Part shown: piece by piece, positions 31,194 through 41,170 of the stretch
Layout: the number at the start of each line of letters is the position of its first letter
Position numbering within the stretch: the stretch's first letter is position 1
Assembly (NCBI GenBank): GCA_963847625.1
Contig: CAWKAR010000013.1
Span: 64,001-128,000, forward strand
From: a candidate division FCPU426 bacterium
GTDB taxonomy: Bacteria; Oederibacteriota; Muellerivitia; Muellerivitales; Muellerivitaceae
Length of the DNA: 64,000 bases
Reading direction: 5' to 3'
Notes under the pieces: generated by a model
The model's input: the letters and a program-made list of their open reading frames with translations, nothing else
Database searches by the model: none
What the model was told of the DNA's origin: nothing
Program-made: the position numbers and the translations under genes

Positions 31194-31401
31194 TACTTGC
31201 CGCTCATGAAATATTTTTTGCCCCATAGCTGTTGGGAAAATCGGCAAAGGGGCAATCGATTAATAATAAGTTTAACTCAAAAAAAATAGATTTGTCGAAT
31301 AAATTGTCTACTCGTAGTAGGGGGTTTTTACTTGGTTTATCTCATGAAAACTGTATTGCAGTACAAGGGAGAGGAATTCGACCTGAATTAAAAATTGCTT
31401 T

Positions 31402-32199
31402 TCAGGAAGACGCGCTCCGGTAACGCTTCAATCCTTTTTTCCAGATCCAGGTCGTAAAGGCGAAGAAAGCCAGCCCCAAGGCGAACCCGTAGACGATCCA
31501 CCCGCCTTTGAGCTTGTTGATCAAAACTCCCGCGGGGAAGTTGGATACGATGAGCATGGGGACCAGAGTCAAAAGCAGACGCCGTAGGAGCCAGGGGTAG
31601 ATCTCCCCGGGATATCGGGAAAACTGGCCGAACTGCCAGTAAAGCTCCAGCAGGTTGCTGGAGCGCCCGATCCAGAAGGTCCAGACCGACAGGGTGAACA
31701 GCATGGTGTAATAAATGAGGATGCTGTTGACCACCAGGGCCCCGAAAAGCAGCACTTCCCCAAATCCTACCACGGTGCCGCCCTGCGCCAAGGCAAAGGC
31801 GATCATGGCGAAACCCACCAGGCTCGTGCTGATGGAGGCGTAGTCCGTGTAACGAAGCGAGACGAGGAACTGGGTGTTAATAGGCTTGATGAGGTTGAAA
31901 TCCAGGTCCCCCTGGCGGATTTGGTCGGTCAAGCGCATGCAGTTGTCGTAAAAGAAGGCCTCGAAAAGCTGGGTAATAACGTTGTTGGTTCCCAGGAGCA
32001 CCACCATGTCCCACTTGTTCCAACCCCCGATGCTGGCTGTCTGCGAGTACATGACCTCGATGTAAATGATCTGCATGCCGAGCCAAAGGACCTCGGTCAC
32101 GAGCCGGACAAGGAAATTCACCTTGAACTGCATCTCCCGCACCAGGCAGTTCTTCATCATCAGCACGGTCAGTTTTAAATAACGCCTCAGTATCGCCAT
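31402..32199 (-). CDS. ABC-2 family permease (DUF990-like)
   Basis: GDLDFNLIKPI, FSRYPGEIYP, GLKRYRSASS; multiple TM segments. Confidence 0.85.
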   Translation of the reverse strand: MAILRRYLKLTVLMMKNCLVREMQFKVNFLVRLVTEVLWLGMQIIYIEVMYSQTASIGGWNKWDMVVLLGTNNVITQLFEAFFYDNCMRLTDQIRQGDLDFNLIKPINTQFLVSLRYTDYASISTSLVGFAMIAFALAQGGTVVGFGEVLLFGALVVNSILIYYTMLFTLSVWTFWIGRSSNLLELYWQFGQFSRYPGEIYPWLLRRLLLTLVPMLIVSNFPAGVLINKLKGGWIVYGFALGLAFFAFTTWIWKKGLKRYRSASS

Positions 32200-32419
32200 G
32201 CGACGTTTCCTTTATTCATGAATTCATAATTCAAAATCACACCTGTCCCAAATAAACCTAGCCACGGATGCATGGGATTCATGGGATTTAACAAACACAA
32301 ATATTTAAAGCCTTTTTTCTTAGCCCAATCTAAATGTATCCCCTGAATCCGTGGCTAAGAAGGGTTTGCCTTAGCAGTTCATTCATAATTCAAAATTTAA
32401 AATTCAAAATTGTTTTTTT
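32200..32419. repeat. Intergenic repeat patch (AATTCAAAAT units; AGCCACGGAT...ATCCGTGGCT inverted repeat)
   Basis: CACACCTGTCCCAAATAAACCTAGCCACGGATGCATGGGA occurs here and again at ~33444. Confidence 0.65.
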
Positions 32420-33277
32420 CTATCCCCCGACCGCCGAGTAACGTTTCATTCCCGCCTTCCAGGTAAGCCGGCAAAAGAGGAAAAAGGCCCCCACCCACAA
32501 GAACCCGATTCCCAGTAATGGGAGCAGTTTGTCCGCAGGAACCTTGCCCAGCAGGATCATGCATGGCCAATATCCTTCATAACCGAAAGGCGAATAATTG
32601 AGAAATGGCAGGAGGGAAAGGGGCATGAGGTTTAAGGGAATCAGGTGTCCGGACAGGAAAAACTCGATGGTCATCACGACGAACAGGAAGGTGGAGATTT
32701 CCAGGAACCAGAAAGCCAGGTTGCCGATCAAAAAGCTGAACAGCATCCCGATCCAAAAGCATATGACGAGGGAAACCACGAAAGCCGCCCATTCCAAGAG
32801 CGTGGGAATGTGGCTGAAGTAATGCCGCATGAGGAAAAAAATGGGGGGGAAGGTGAAAAGCGCCACGTACCAGAAAACCACCTTGTGGGCCAGCCGGTAC
32901 ATGATCTGGTAACCCAGGTAGCTCATGGGCCGGATGAGGTAGCGGTTGAGCAGGCCGTCCTTGATATCCAGGTTGATATCCCTGGCCATGCCCGGCATGC
33001 TGGAAAATCCCCTGGCAATGTACATGAAAGCGTAATAGGCCACCATGTCCTCGTAGCTCATGCCCCGGATATTGGAAGGGGCCCCGCCCAACTTACGGGA
33101 CTGGTAGATGGCGTACCAGAGGAACAGCGTGGTGACCAGGGGGAGGAAGCGGAAGATGGCCCCGAATATATAGTTGGCGCGGTAAACCATATCCTCCTGG
33201 GTACGGGTGGATAGGATCACCCAGTACTTATGGAGGGGGGATTTGGGTTTGTTTTCACTCAACGTCATTTCCGGCAT
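32420..33277 (-). CDS. ABC-2 family permease (DUF990-like)
   Basis: IKDGLLNRYLIRPMSY, FLSGHLIPL, GMKRYSAVGG. Confidence 0.85.
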   Translation of the reverse strand: MPEMTLSENKPKSPLHKYWVILSTRTQEDMVYRANYIFGAIFRFLPLVTTLFLWYAIYQSRKLGGAPSNIRGMSYEDMVAYYAFMYIARGFSSMPGMARDINLDIKDGLLNRYLIRPMSYLGYQIMYRLAHKVVFWYVALFTFPPIFFLMRHYFSHIPTLLEWAAFVVSLVICFWIGMLFSFLIGNLAFWFLEISTFLFVVMTIEFFLSGHLIPLNLMPLSLLPFLNYSPFGYEGYWPCMILLGKVPADKLLPLLGIGFLWVGAFFLFCRLTWKAGMKRYSAVGG

Positions 33278-33279
33278 CT

Positions 33280-33610
33280 AAAATCCTTTTTCAAAACATT
33301 CCAAAAATCTCTAGCCACAGATGTGCCGATTCACCATAAAACAAATATTGAAATCGGTACGATACCAGCCCCCCGAAAAGCTTCATCGAGGGCTGGCATG
33401 CATGGGATTCATGGGATTTGCTTAAAATTAAAAATTTAACATCACACCTGTCCCAAATAAACCTAGCCACGGATGCATGGGATAGATGGGATTTGCGTAA
33501 AATTAAAAATTTAAAATTTAGCATTTAAAATTCATTCATGTTTTTCATGAATGCTTTAGCCATCCGAGTGCATCCCCTGAATCCGTAGCCAAGATTATGA
33601 GTTGTGGTAC
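33280..33610. repeat. Intergenic repeat patch with a nested 77-bp two-hairpin element (33324-33400)
   Basis: Same repeat family as 32200-32419; one copy is split by an insertion ending CATG. Confidence 0.6.
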
Positions 33611-33612
33611 TT

Positions 33613-34596
33613 TTACTTATCGCTTCCCTTAAACACCTTCTCAATCACTTCCTCGATGGGCACTTCCTCGATGTTGATGTCGTCCACGTCGAAACGGTTC
33701 AGGATTTCGTTGGAGGCTTGTTTTACCTGTTCCCGCAACACCTTCAAGACCGCCTTGTGCCGGGTGTGCTCCAAGACCGTGCCCAAGGATGACAACTGCT
33801 CCGCCGTTACCCCGCCGTCCTCAAAGGTGACAGTAATAAGCTTGGATTGGGAGAACTGCTCCACCACGTCGTCCAGGCGGCCGTCAAAAATCTTTTTCCC
33901 GTGGTTGATGACGATGACCCGGTCGCAAAGGGCCTGGATGTCGTTCATGTAATGGCTGGTCAAAAGGATCGTGGTCTTGGTCCGGCGGTTGTAGTCGCGG
34001 ATGAACTCCCGGATGTTCTTCTGGGCCACCACGTCCAGCCCGATGGTGGGCTCGTCCAGGAACAACACCCGGGGCCGGTGCAGGAGGGAGGCGATCAGCT
34101 CGAATTTCATGCGCTCGCCGAGCGAAAGCTCGCGCACCATGATCCCCAGGAGCTTTTTCACTTGGAGCAGTTCGGTCATCTCATCCAGGACCTTCTTATA
34201 GTCATCGTCTTCCACGCCGTAGATTTCCTTGTTCAGGAAAAGGGATTCCTGGGCCGGCAGGTCCCACCAAAGCTGGTTTTTTTGGCCCATGACCAGGGCG
34301 AATTGCCGCCGGTACTCGTTCTTGCGTTCCGAGGGAATGAAGCCCAGGACCCGGGCTTCCCCGGTGGTCGGAAAAAGGATGCCGGAAAGCATCTTGAGGG
34401 TGGTGGTCTTCCCCGCCCCGTTGGGGCCCAAAAACCCCACCAGTTCCCCCTCGGCGATGGAAAAGCTCACCCCGTCCACCGCCCTCACCTCGGTGAATTT
34501 GCGGTTGAAAAGCCCCTTAAAAGCCCCGCCCAGGCCCGGCAGGCGTTTCTGGGTTCGGTAGATCTTGGACAGGTCCTTCACTTCAATCATGGGCAT
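33613..34596 (-). CDS. ABC transporter ATP-binding protein
   Basis: GPNGAGKTT, LSLGERMK, LFLDEPTIGLD, LTSH. Confidence 0.95.
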   Translation of the reverse strand: MPMIEVKDLSKIYRTQKRLPGLGGAFKGLFNRKFTEVRAVDGVSFSIAEGELVGFLGPNGAGKTTTLKMLSGILFPTTGEARVLGFIPSERKNEYRRQFALVMGQKNQLWWDLPAQESLFLNKEIYGVEDDDYKKVLDEMTELLQVKKLLGIMVRELSLGERMKFELIASLLHRPRVLFLDEPTIGLDVVAQKNIREFIRDYNRRTKTTILLTSHYMNDIQALCDRVIVINHGKKIFDGRLDDVVEQFSQSKLITVTFEDGGVTAEQLSSLGTVLEHTRHKAVLKVLREQVKQASNEILNRFDVDDINIEEVPIEEVIEKVFKGSDK

Positions 34597-35721
34597 GGGC
34601 TTGATATCTCTCGTTTGATTTTGTAGCTTCGCGAAGTAGTTATTATAGGAACCGCATCGGAAAGATTCCAACTGCCAGAACCGAATTATTTCAACGCCAG
34701 ACCAAAGCGCAAAGTTTAAAAATAAGATATCCCTTTACAACAAGTAAAAGAAAAAGGGCATGGAACCGCCGATCAAATCCGATGTCCTGCATCTCCATAA
34801 AGGAGTTAATGGATTGCGGGACTATACCACTTTCATTTGAAATTCTTTCAATAGTGAAGTGGCATGTGCCAATCTAACATGAAAATATTTTGAGATTGGT
34901 ACTATACCAGCCACATTGAATATTTATGGAAGGCTGGCATGGACGCCGATAAGCTAGAGTAAGTCTTAATCTATAAGCCCTCATCGGCGTTAATCGGCCG
35001 TTATCCACGATAAAAAAATTGTTTACGTCGATCCCCAAAAAAAATGAATAAAATGCTCGTCCTTCCCTGATATGTCATAACCCGACGGTTACGATTCATC
35101 CCAGAGAGCATCAAAAGAGTTAAAATAAGGCCCACTTAAAGAGGATGGTTGGCCGGTTTGTCCCCAACCCGCGGACCAATTAAATTTGGATAGAATATTT
35201 TTGTAAAGTCATTCAAAGAGTGGTTATGACGAAAAATTTAAGAGAACGCATAAAATTAAAATATGCAAAAGTCGGAATTATATTATTTGGCGTTTTAGAA
35301 ATCATTTTCGCTATAGCCCTGATTTCGGCGCTTATATATGCATCAAGCTTTTTTGATAAAATCCAAAATTATGAAAAGTCGATAAATATTTGGTCTCAAT
35401 TCACAATTGTTATTTTTTGGATAATTGTTTTAATTTGGCTTGGTATTGGAACTTTCCAAATAAAATTATGGGCACGATCAATATGTTTAGCACTTTCTTG
35501 GATCTCATTAGTAGAGGGATCACTTCGGATTTGTACGAGAATTGTTTATGATTATTTTGTTTTCCATTTCAAGACAATTTATGAAGGAGTATTAATTACA
35601 CCAGAGGCTTATTGGACAGAGCTTGGGATCAGAATTATTTCCTCCATACTTTTACTGACCTTTCCCCCGAAAACTGATCCAAAAATATGTTAGTTTTGGA
35701 TTATAGATCGGGAGGGGAAAG

Positions 35722-35991
35722 ATGGCAAAGAAACGGTTTTTATCTGAGCAGATAGTGGCTATTCTCCGCGAGGCGGAGAAAGCTCCCGCCGTTGAGGAAG
35801 TTCTCCGAAAGCATGGCATTTCCGAGCAGACTTACTACCGCTGGAAACGCATGTACGGAAGCCTTGGAGTTTCCGAAGTCCACCGCATCAAACAGCTGGA
35901 AGAAGAAAACCGGAAACTCAAGCAGTTAGCGGGTGATCAGGCCCTGGCTATTCAGGTTCTCCAAGAGCACATAAAAAAAAAGGGGTATTGA
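35722..35991 (+). CDS. IS3 transposase OrfA
   Basis: EQIVAILRE...GISEQTYYRWK HTH; A9-GGGG slippery site at 35973-35985 for a -1 frameshift into OrfB. Confidence 0.9.
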   Translation: MAKKRFLSEQIVAILREAEKAPAVEEVLRKHGISEQTYYRWKRMYGSLGVSEVHRIKQLEEENRKLKQLAGDQALAIQVLQEHIKKKGY

Positions 35992-36818
35992 TCGAGGAGC
36001 AAAAAGGCATGGTGGAAGCCCTGAAGGCTCAGGAAGTACCGGAAAGACGAGCCTGTGATGTTCTTGGGGTAAATCGATCGAGTTTTCGATATGAGGCCCA
36101 GCCAGAAGATCCGTTGAACCAGGTGATCCTGCAGGAAATGGTTAAGTTAGCGCAAAGAAACCGACGTTTCGGAAGCCCTCGGATGTTGTGGATGTTGGAA
36201 CGCAGAGGCCTTGATGTGAATCACAAGCGGGTGGAGAGGCTCTACCAGGTAGCAGGGCTTCAATTACCGCGCAGGAGACCCAGGAAGAAGAGGGTTCCGA
36301 CGGAATGGAGAAGGCCCCACCCGGCTTTGGGTTCCAACGAGGTGTGGACGATGGACTTCGTGCATGACCTGACATGGTTCGGGGGAAAGGTGAAGTTTTT
36401 GACGGTGTTGGATGAAGGATTTAGGGAATGCTTGGAGATCCGGGCGGAGAAGCGAATGAGAAGCCGGGACGTGCTGGAGACGCTGGACGAGTTGATGACG
36501 GAGTACGGGACACCAAAGTGCCTGCGGGTGGACAACGGGCCAGAGTTCGTGGCGAAAGAACTGAGGAACTGGCTTGAGGAGAAGGGCGTAGAGGTGCTAT
36601 ATATCGAACCAGGGAGTCCATGGCAGAATGGATTCATCGAAAGTTTCAACGGAAAGTTTAGGGATGAGTGCCTGAACCAAGAAATTTTTCTTTCAAAAGC
36701 GGAGGCCCAGGTAGTCGTGGATTGGTGGAGGCAGGTGTATAACTGGCAGAGACCGCACAGCAGTTTGGGGGGAAAAACCCCAATGGAAGCAAAGGCCGAA
36801 AAGTTGGGCCTTAACTAA
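35988..36818 (+). CDS. IS3 transposase OrfB (DDE)
   Basis: WTMDF, VDNGPEF, PGSPWQNGFIESFNGKFRDECL, RPHSSLG. Confidence 0.95.
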   Translation: MIEEQKGMVEALKAQEVPERRACDVLGVNRSSFRYEAQPEDPLNQVILQEMVKLAQRNRRFGSPRMLWMLERRGLDVNHKRVERLYQVAGLQLPRRRPRKKRVPTEWRRPHPALGSNEVWTMDFVHDLTWFGGKVKFLTVLDEGFRECLEIRAEKRMRSRDVLETLDELMTEYGTPKCLRVDNGPEFVAKELRNWLEEKGVEVLYIEPGSPWQNGFIESFNGKFRDECLNQEIFLSKAEAQVVVDWWRQVYNWQRPHSSLGGKTPMEAKAEKLGLN

Positions 36819-37505
36819 CTTAAATTTGGATCAAACATTGGGGGAAGGTCATTACCGTTAATAGTTATCCTATTTTATAGGAATAAATATGTTACAGCGG
36901 CATTCAAAAGCAAAGATTCTAAAATCCCATGGACTGACAAAATCCCATTTTTGGTTCTAATCTTAAGTCTGCTTTTGATCGAAAAGATAATTGGAATTCT
37001 TTTTAGCAACCCATTTACATCTGGTTTGCACCTCTTTTTCGGACACCAAACTTCAAATCTTTATTGGGGTCTTTTCAAAAGCGCGGATGTATTTTTCCTG
37101 CTTTATTTAGCATACGGTGTTTATCAACAAAAGGTTTCTGCTTGGCGGCTTGTAAACGCACGCTATTTTTTATCGCTATTGTCTTGGGTTATAGGTTATT
37201 CCCACGAAAATTACTTAAAAATTTATGAAAATCTTGGTTATTCACAGGAAAAGGCAAATGAATATCTAAGAGGAATTTTTATTGAAAATTACATGATTAG
37301 TTGGTTAATCATCCTTGCAACCATTGGATATTTTTGGTACGTCCGAAAATATTTTTACCCCTCTAAGATGAACAACAGAAAAAATTCGTATAAAAGAACT
37401 TCAATATGGAAATTATGGAATAAACGCCTCAGACATTTGACGGTTTAAACTCTAATTACCTCAAATTTGCGGTCGAAAATCGTCCAGAGTGGGGAGAGAT
37501 AAAGG

Positions 37506-37787
37506 ATGAAGCTTCAATTATCGGTTGCCTGGAAAGTTCGAATTGGTTTTCTTTGTTTTTTTGTAGGAAGCTATGTTTTAAGTAATTTAAGAGCATATGG
37601 TTTTATCGACTCTACAATTTTAGGTGTTGCCGTTGCTGTGTTGACAGGTGTGAGTTTCTTTCCAATCGCAAGATTAAAATGTCCATATTGCAAAGAACCG
37701 TTACCCGGAAAATTTGCAAATCCGGCAATATATGTCTTTCCGGGTCAAAAATGTCCTAAATGTGGTAAGAGGCTAGATGAATCATAA
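37506..37787 (+). CDS. Small two-TM protein with C-terminal zinc ribbon
   Basis: Two hydrophobic segments, CPYC...CPKCG; purine-rich RBS. Confidence 0.6.
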   Translation: MKLQLSVAWKVRIGFLCFFVGSYVLSNLRAYGFIDSTILGVAVAVLTGVSFFPIARLKCPYCKEPLPGKFANPAIYVFPGQKCPKCGKRLDES

Positions 37788-37851
37788 AGGAGTAAAAAAA
37801 GATTTGGATTTTAACTGCGGCTATATGGCTCTGTGGTAAAGTCTTCTAATT

Positions 37852-38490
37852 ATGCCCAATCAAAATACAAACAAAATTATCAAGGAACTCAAGCGGCTCT
37901 ACCCCGACACGGGGAGTTTCCTGAAATACCAAACCCCTTTCCAATACCTCTGCGCGGTCATCCTCTCGGCGCAATGCACCGACGCCAGGGTGAATTTGGT
38001 GGCGCCTCATCTTCACAAGGCCTTACCCACCCCCGAGAAAATGGCGAAGGCCAAACTGAAGGACGTTGAAAAGATCATCAAATCCACCGGGTTCTACCAC
38101 AACAAGGCCAAGAACCTGATTGGATGCGCCCAGGCGTTGTTGAGGCTATATCAAGGCAAGATTCCTAAAACCATCGAGGAATTCGTGAAGATCCCGGGTG
38201 TGGGCCGCAAGACCGCCAATGTGGTGCTGGGGGAAATTTACGGCATCGCGGAAGGCGTCACGGTGGACACCCACGTCATCCGGCTTTCCAACCGGTTGGG
38301 ATTCACCCGGTACCAGGACGCCGTCAAAATCGAGGTGGATTTGATGAAGGCGATCCCGAAGGAAGAATGGATCCCTTTTTCCCACCGGCTGATCCAACAC
38401 GGCCGGAAGGTCTGCGACGCCCGCAAACCCTTGTGCGCGGTTTGCACCCTGAGCCAGTGGTGCCCCTCCGCGACGAAATTCATGAGCTGA
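37852..38490 (+). CDS. nth: Endonuclease III
   Basis: ILSAQCTD, HhH IPGVGRKTANVV, VDTHV, C-x6-C-x2-C-x5-C 4Fe-4S motif. Confidence 0.95.
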   Translation: MPNQNTNKIIKELKRLYPDTGSFLKYQTPFQYLCAVILSAQCTDARVNLVAPHLHKALPTPEKMAKAKLKDVEKIIKSTGFYHNKAKNLIGCAQALLRLYQGKIPKTIEEFVKIPGVGRKTANVVLGEIYGIAEGVTVDTHVIRLSNRLGFTRYQDAVKIEVDLMKAIPKEEWIPFSHRLIQHGRKVCDARKPLCAVCTLSQWCPSATKFMS

Positions 38491-38600
38491 ACAGGCATTC
38501 AGTTCAGGACAACTTGTGCTTATAACCCGGAAAACCAGCGATATACACCGCACCCGATGAAGTATTCCCCGGGCCGTCGGTTCTAAAATAAAATCCAAAA

Positions 38601-38641
38601 TAAAAAAGCCCCCCAGCCGAAAGGCCGGGGGGCATATTTTT
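38601..38641. terminator. Intrinsic terminator between convergent genes
   Basis: AAAAAAGCCCCCAGCC-GAAA-GGCCGGGGGGC then AT-rich tail. Confidence 0.65.
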
Positions 38642-38656
38642 ACCAACGAGACCGCG

Positions 38657-39244
38657 TCACTTGAAGTTATAACCCACCGCAAGGTCAAATCCGAGGGTGG
38701 ACTGATTCAGGGAACCGTTATATTTCCCGATGTCGCTCAGGCCCCCGTCGACCCGGAATTCCGCGCGGAAATGATCGACATCCACACCGATACCCCCGAT
38801 GAGGCTTCCATCCACCCCGTTAACATCGTCTTTGACGTCAGTAGATTGGCCGTTTACTGTTTGGGTCGCGCCCAACAGGAAGTTGGGGGCGGCGCCGAGA
38901 ACTACGTAAAGTTTCGCCTCGCTTTTTGGGGTGATATAAGCCCTGAACAGGAGTGGGATCTGGAGGTAGTCTATTTCGTTCGTGGCACCGCTCTCGGAAT
39001 CCCCCTTCTGGATGTATGTCATCTCGGTCCCAAGGGAGAAGCTGTTGTCGTTGAAAGGGAAATCCACGAAAAATCCGCCGAGCAAACCCGCCTTCATGTC
39101 ACCGGATTGGGATTCATCTCCGCCGCTGGTGATGATGTTGTACATCGCCAGTCCAGCTTTGAGCCCCACATTCACCCTGTATTCATCGGCGATTGCCGGA
39201 ACAGCCATCATCACGGCCGCTAATAGGAAAAGAACCTTCTTCAT
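38657..39244 (-). CDS. Outer-membrane beta-barrel protein (PorT/OMP_b-brl_2-like)
   Basis: MKKVLFLLAAVMMAVPAIA signal; GLKAGL, YIQKG, YLQIPLLFR, VGYNF. Confidence 0.8.
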   Translation of the reverse strand: MKKVLFLLAAVMMAVPAIADEYRVNVGLKAGLAMYNIITSGGDESQSGDMKAGLLGGFFVDFPFNDNSFSLGTEMTYIQKGDSESGATNEIDYLQIPLLFRAYITPKSEAKLYVVLGAAPNFLLGATQTVNGQSTDVKDDVNGVDGSLIGGIGVDVDHFRAEFRVDGGLSDIGKYNGSLNQSTLGFDLAVGYNFK

Positions 39245-39363
39245 ATTTCGCACCCTCCAGAATGGAATGTACTGATAAACAATAATCACGAACATCAACA
39301 TTTATCTTAAGCGTGGTCCTACATATCTGACAGCATAAAAGGGGCTACGCGGGGTAAACAGTT

Positions 39364-39440
39364 TCCAAGGCCAAAAACCCATATGTGGTGTTTGTACCTT
39401 GAGCCAGTGGTGCCCTTCAGCGACGAAATTCAATAACTGA
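39364..39440 (+). pseudogene. Degenerate copy of the extreme 3' end of nth
   Basis: TGAGCCAGTGGTGCCC.TC.GCGACGAAATTCA matches 38449-38483. Confidence 0.75.
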
Positions 39441-39541
39441 TTAGGTCTTAACTTCAGGATAAATTTCCTAACTTCAGTTATACAAAGTACAGCCTCAAGC
39501 ATCCCTGGAATCCTTCAAATTCCCCAAGGAAGGAAAGTCTT

Positions 39542-41170
39542 TTAGGGTTTCTTCCGGTAAACCAGCAGTTCCACCCGCCGATTCTTGGCCTGCCCCTCAG
39601 GCGTGGCGTTGGAGACAATGGGCCTTTCAGCCCCGAAACCCGCCACTCGTAGGAATTTTGGTTTCACCCCATCACGCACCAGGCCGTCCCGGGCAGCCCG
39701 GGCCCGGGCCAGGGAAAGTTCCCGGTTGGTTGTGAATTTCGATTCTTTCAGGTCCCGGTTGTCCGTATGGCCCGCCACGAGAATGAGACATCCGGGATAT
39801 TTCGCGAAAATCGTCCGGGCGGCCTCAGCCAAGCGTTCACGGTCGCTCCCGGTAAGCTCGTCGGTCCCCGAATCGAATTGAAGATTCTCCGAAACGTTTA
39901 AACTCTCCCAACCCGGTATTTCAGGCGGGGCTTCCTTGGCCAGAAAACTAAGGGGTTCCGACCGGCCCTTCCCTTCCTCCCCTTGTTTCACTTCCAACCA
40001 GGCCCGGTATTGGTCCTGGCCCACTAAAAAGCCTTGTGGATTTTCCCCGTCCCAGGCGAAACCCTCCGGGGGAGCCCCTTGGCCCGATTGGGCCCAAACT
40101 CTCGTTCCCTTGGAATCCTCGATCCATGCTTTCCATTCGCGGACCCCTTCCCGGTCCTGGATATCATCGGCTATTTTCAGGGATTGGGCACCCAGGATGA
40201 ACTCCGATGGCGCGGTTAGGTCCACCCGGGTTGCCGGACCCTTCCCGCCGAAATCCAGGCCCAGCGCAATTTGATGGGTCGTCCCCAAATCCCCCAGGGT
40301 CGTGAGGGCATAATCCAATTTCCAATCCATGTATTTGACCCCCACCCCCAAGGCCAACCCCGACAAGCCATCCAGGGAACCGGTGTCGGCGAAACGGTAT
40401 CCCGCCCGAATGGCCAGGTTGCGGATGAGCCAATATTCCCCTCCCATCCCCAAACTGGAAGATCCCCCAACGAGGGGCAAGGATTCCTCTAGGGATAGGT
40501 CGAGGCTTCCCTCACCCGTTTGTTTTCCGCGGTCCAGCCGGTAATCAGCCCCCAGCCTGAGGCGCATGGGCAGGTCAGCCCCGTCCAGGGAACCGCCCAG
40601 GTCGTTGACCGAGCCCTGGAGCGATAAACCGGTTCCCGGCAACCGGTATAGGAGTCCCGCGTCGAAGGCGGCGGCCTGGCCTGAACTGGTTTGGATCGTG
40701 TCATAAAGGAAACGGGCCGCCACGCCGGCCTCAAGGTTGGGGGAAAGGCAACGGGCGTAGCCGGCGGCAAGGTTGAGGCCCATGGGGGAATAAGTCCCGT
40801 CGGAAAAGGGCAGTCCTCCCGTGACAACGTAACGGTTTACCGTGCCGAAACCCATGGCGTCCCCGCCCAGCGCGAGCACCGAACCGTCGCCCAGGGGCTG
40901 GGCCCACGCCAGGTGGGACAGGGAAAGGTCCTGGACCCAGAAACTTTGGGAAAGGGAGACCTGGGGGCCGTCCAATTGGGCCAAGCCCGCGGGGTTCAGG
41001 TCCAATGAATCCGCTCCGGCAAAGGCGGACCCTGACCCCCCCATGGCCGATTCCCGGACGCCAGGTGAAATTTTAAGCCAGGAGGCCCCGGGATCCGCGG
41101 CCCCTGCCGCAGGGGGGAGCAGGGCCCAAACGCCAAGGAGGAGGGCGGCCGACGCTATTTTCATTTTCAT
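39542..41170 (-). CDS. PorV/PorQ-like beta-barrel fused to C-terminal OmpA-like peptidoglycan-binding domain
   Basis: [32 protein letters not shown]...[34 protein letters not shown] 41170 overlaps the upstream TGA. Confidence 0.8.
   Translation of the reverse strand: MKMKIASAALLLGVWALLPPAAGAADPGASWLKISPGVRESAMGGSGSAFAGADSLDLNPAGLAQLDGPQVSLSQSFWVQDLSLSHLAWAQPLGDGSVLALGGDAMGFGTVNRYVVTGGLPFSDGTYSPMGLNLAAGYARCLSPNLEAGVAARFLYDTIQTSSGQAAAFDAGLLYRLPGTGLSLQGSVNDLGGSLDGADLPMRLRLGADYRLDRGKQTGEGSLDLSLEESLPLVGGSSSLGMGGEYWLIRNLAIRAGYRFADTGSLDGLSGLALGVGVKYMDWKLDYALTTLGDLGTTHQIALGLDFGGKGPATRVDLTAPSEFILGAQSLKIADDIQDREGVREWKAWIEDSKGTRVWAQSGQGAPPEGFAWDGENPQGFLVGQDQYRAWLEVKQGEEGKGRSEPLSFLAKEAPPEIPGWESLNVSENLQFDSGTDELTGSDRERLAEAARTIFAKYPGCLILVAGHTDNRDLKESKFTTNRELSLARARAARDGLVRDGVKPKFLRVAGFGAERPIVSNATPEGQAKNRRVELLVYRKKP

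Larger units (their letters stand above)
35656..36851 (+). mobile_element. IS3-family insertion sequence (1,196 bp), copy 1
   Basis: TG...CA ends, IRs TGACCTT(T)CCCCC; 4-bp target duplication TTAC at 35652-35655 and 36852-36855. Confidence 0.95.
35226..37448 (+). pseudogene. AT-rich multi-pass membrane protein interrupted by IS3
   Basis: Removing 35656-36851 and one TTAC joins ...IISSILL to PLIVILFYRNKY..., in frame with ORF 36951-37448. Confidence 0.8.
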